Source of the DNA: Nemertoderma westbladi
Taxonomy: Eukaryota > Animalia > Xenacoelomorpha
NCBI GenBank assembly: GCA_032718475.1
Contig: JAUCBJ010004452.1
Coordinates: forward strand, 33,155 to 97,154
Direction: 5' to 3'
DNA length: 64,000 nucleotides
Below, piece after piece: positions 63,401-64,000 of the stretch. Both the position numbers and the translations under genes were made by a program. The stretch's first letter is position 1; each line of letters starts with the position of its first letter. Under the pieces are notes generated by a model. It was given only the letters and a program-made list of their open reading frames with translations, ran no database searches and was not told the origin of the DNA.

Positions 63401-64000
63401 AAACAGGGAGAACAGAACATTGAACGAAAATCCATCCTAGCAAAACGATCGCAGGAGCGAAAAATAGCTGATGCCCAAGCAAGAGCCCGCAGTGCACAAG
63501 CAGACGCAGAATTAGCATCTTCAATGGCATTTACTAAAGCAGCTCAAGTGGAGGCTGATGCACGAGCAAAGGCACGTCATGCCGTAACTGAGGCAACACG
63601 TATTGCCGAGCAGGCTTCCCGAGATGCAGAGCATGAGTCTGACCTTTTAGACGAACAGCAACAAATGGTATACAATGATCAACAGCAGAAAGAACTCCAT
63701 CATGTGTTGCTACAGAAAGAAATACAACGCTTGCAACAAGGTAACGAGCATAATGTATCACCTGAAACTCAAAATTTGACAAACAATATAAATCAAAATA
63801 ATGCAAATATCATAACACCCCATTCTTTACATATTAGTTCCAAAGACCCTTCTCTTGATCCCCCAAAAGAATCAGTTGGTTTTTCTTTGGAATCCAAAGT
63901 TAATAATCCACCATTTGTACCAAATATCAGGCCTATTGATAGACCTCAAAATGTTGTTCAAAATAACTCTAATTTGTAAAACCTCTCAGATCCTGTAGGT
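60416..64000 (+). mobile_element. LTR retrotransposon D (probably BEL/Pao), runs off the window
   Basis: Putative 5' LTR TGTCCTG…CAGGACA (60416-60934) is followed immediately by TGGCGAACC (tRNA-type PBS), a long leader and a gag-like ORF. The partner LTR and TSD are not in the window. Confidence 0.65.
62621..63979 (+). CDS. Gag-like N-terminal region of element D (stop at 63977 may be premature)
   Basis: 452-aa ORF with IHPSQSASN…SKSTRSS followed by an Ala/Gln coiled coil, the same layout as the SEDSVSS + coiled-coil gag N-termini of A/B. Confidence 0.55.
   Translation: MASPNYGDNPTVRQKGSESVHLNRPDQPIEEHLPKVDSTKDITRSINGYLGYVAKIEKEVNDFQSKSLPISGELLQKICSAYSTVVEKIRVLQRAYDRTGADMPERFINLLEQFSSKESEWTPLSDDTYEKPRENQMLGLVNDQVECEVPWMKNPHVPVTKQSIHDPEPNQSIYSNSHYVGLPNNTDKGTVNRTFDCSPSSIHPSQSASNADQNKKSKSTRSSHASKSFKSALSGGSKSTSITQLEAIAGVAVEVSKLATKQGEQNIERKSILAKRSQERKIADAQARARSAQADAELASSMAFTKAAQVEADARAKARHAVTEATRIAEQASRDAEHESDLLDEQQQMVYNDQQQKELHHVLLQKEIQRLQQGNEHNVSPETQNLTNNINQNNANIITPHSLHISSKDPSLDPPKESVGFSLESKVNNPPFVPNIRPIDRPQNVVQNNSNL

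Overview
AT-rich, intron-containing eukaryotic (most likely invertebrate animal) DNA dominated by transposable elements and tandem repeats, with one recognisable host gene. (1) 7.9-33.3 kb holds a cluster of related BEL/Pao LTR retrotransposons. Element A (7871-25878, minus, TSD AATAC) contains element B (10806-19505, minus, TSD GCTTC), which in turn contains a solo LTR (14005-14553, TSD ATATC). An internally deleted relative, C (27904-~33306), lies on the plus strand. A and B have gag-protease but no RT/RNaseH/integrase core. A and C carry a separate ~830-codon, now decayed, 3' accessory ORF with a DEDD 3'-5' exonuclease-like domain (WRN/EXD/RNase D type) followed by three CCHC zinc knuckles. 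A and B lack a TGG tRNA primer-binding site; the sequence just inside the 5' LTR is instead complementary to a segment of the LTR itself, a candidate for tRNA-independent self-priming. (2) From 34.6 kb, four phase-consistent exons encode an effector-type caspase (caspase-3/7-like); the ACRG exon was not found in the window. Its introns hold a 13-kb TIR element containing a ~2.97-kb x4 array, 45-, 51- and 27-bp minisatellites, and a fourth LTR element, D (60416 onward). (3) The first 6 kb contain a 31-bp minisatellite, a 5'-truncated RTE-like LINE fragment and a foldback/MITE-like structure. All family assignments are from motif recognition by eye; no database search was run.
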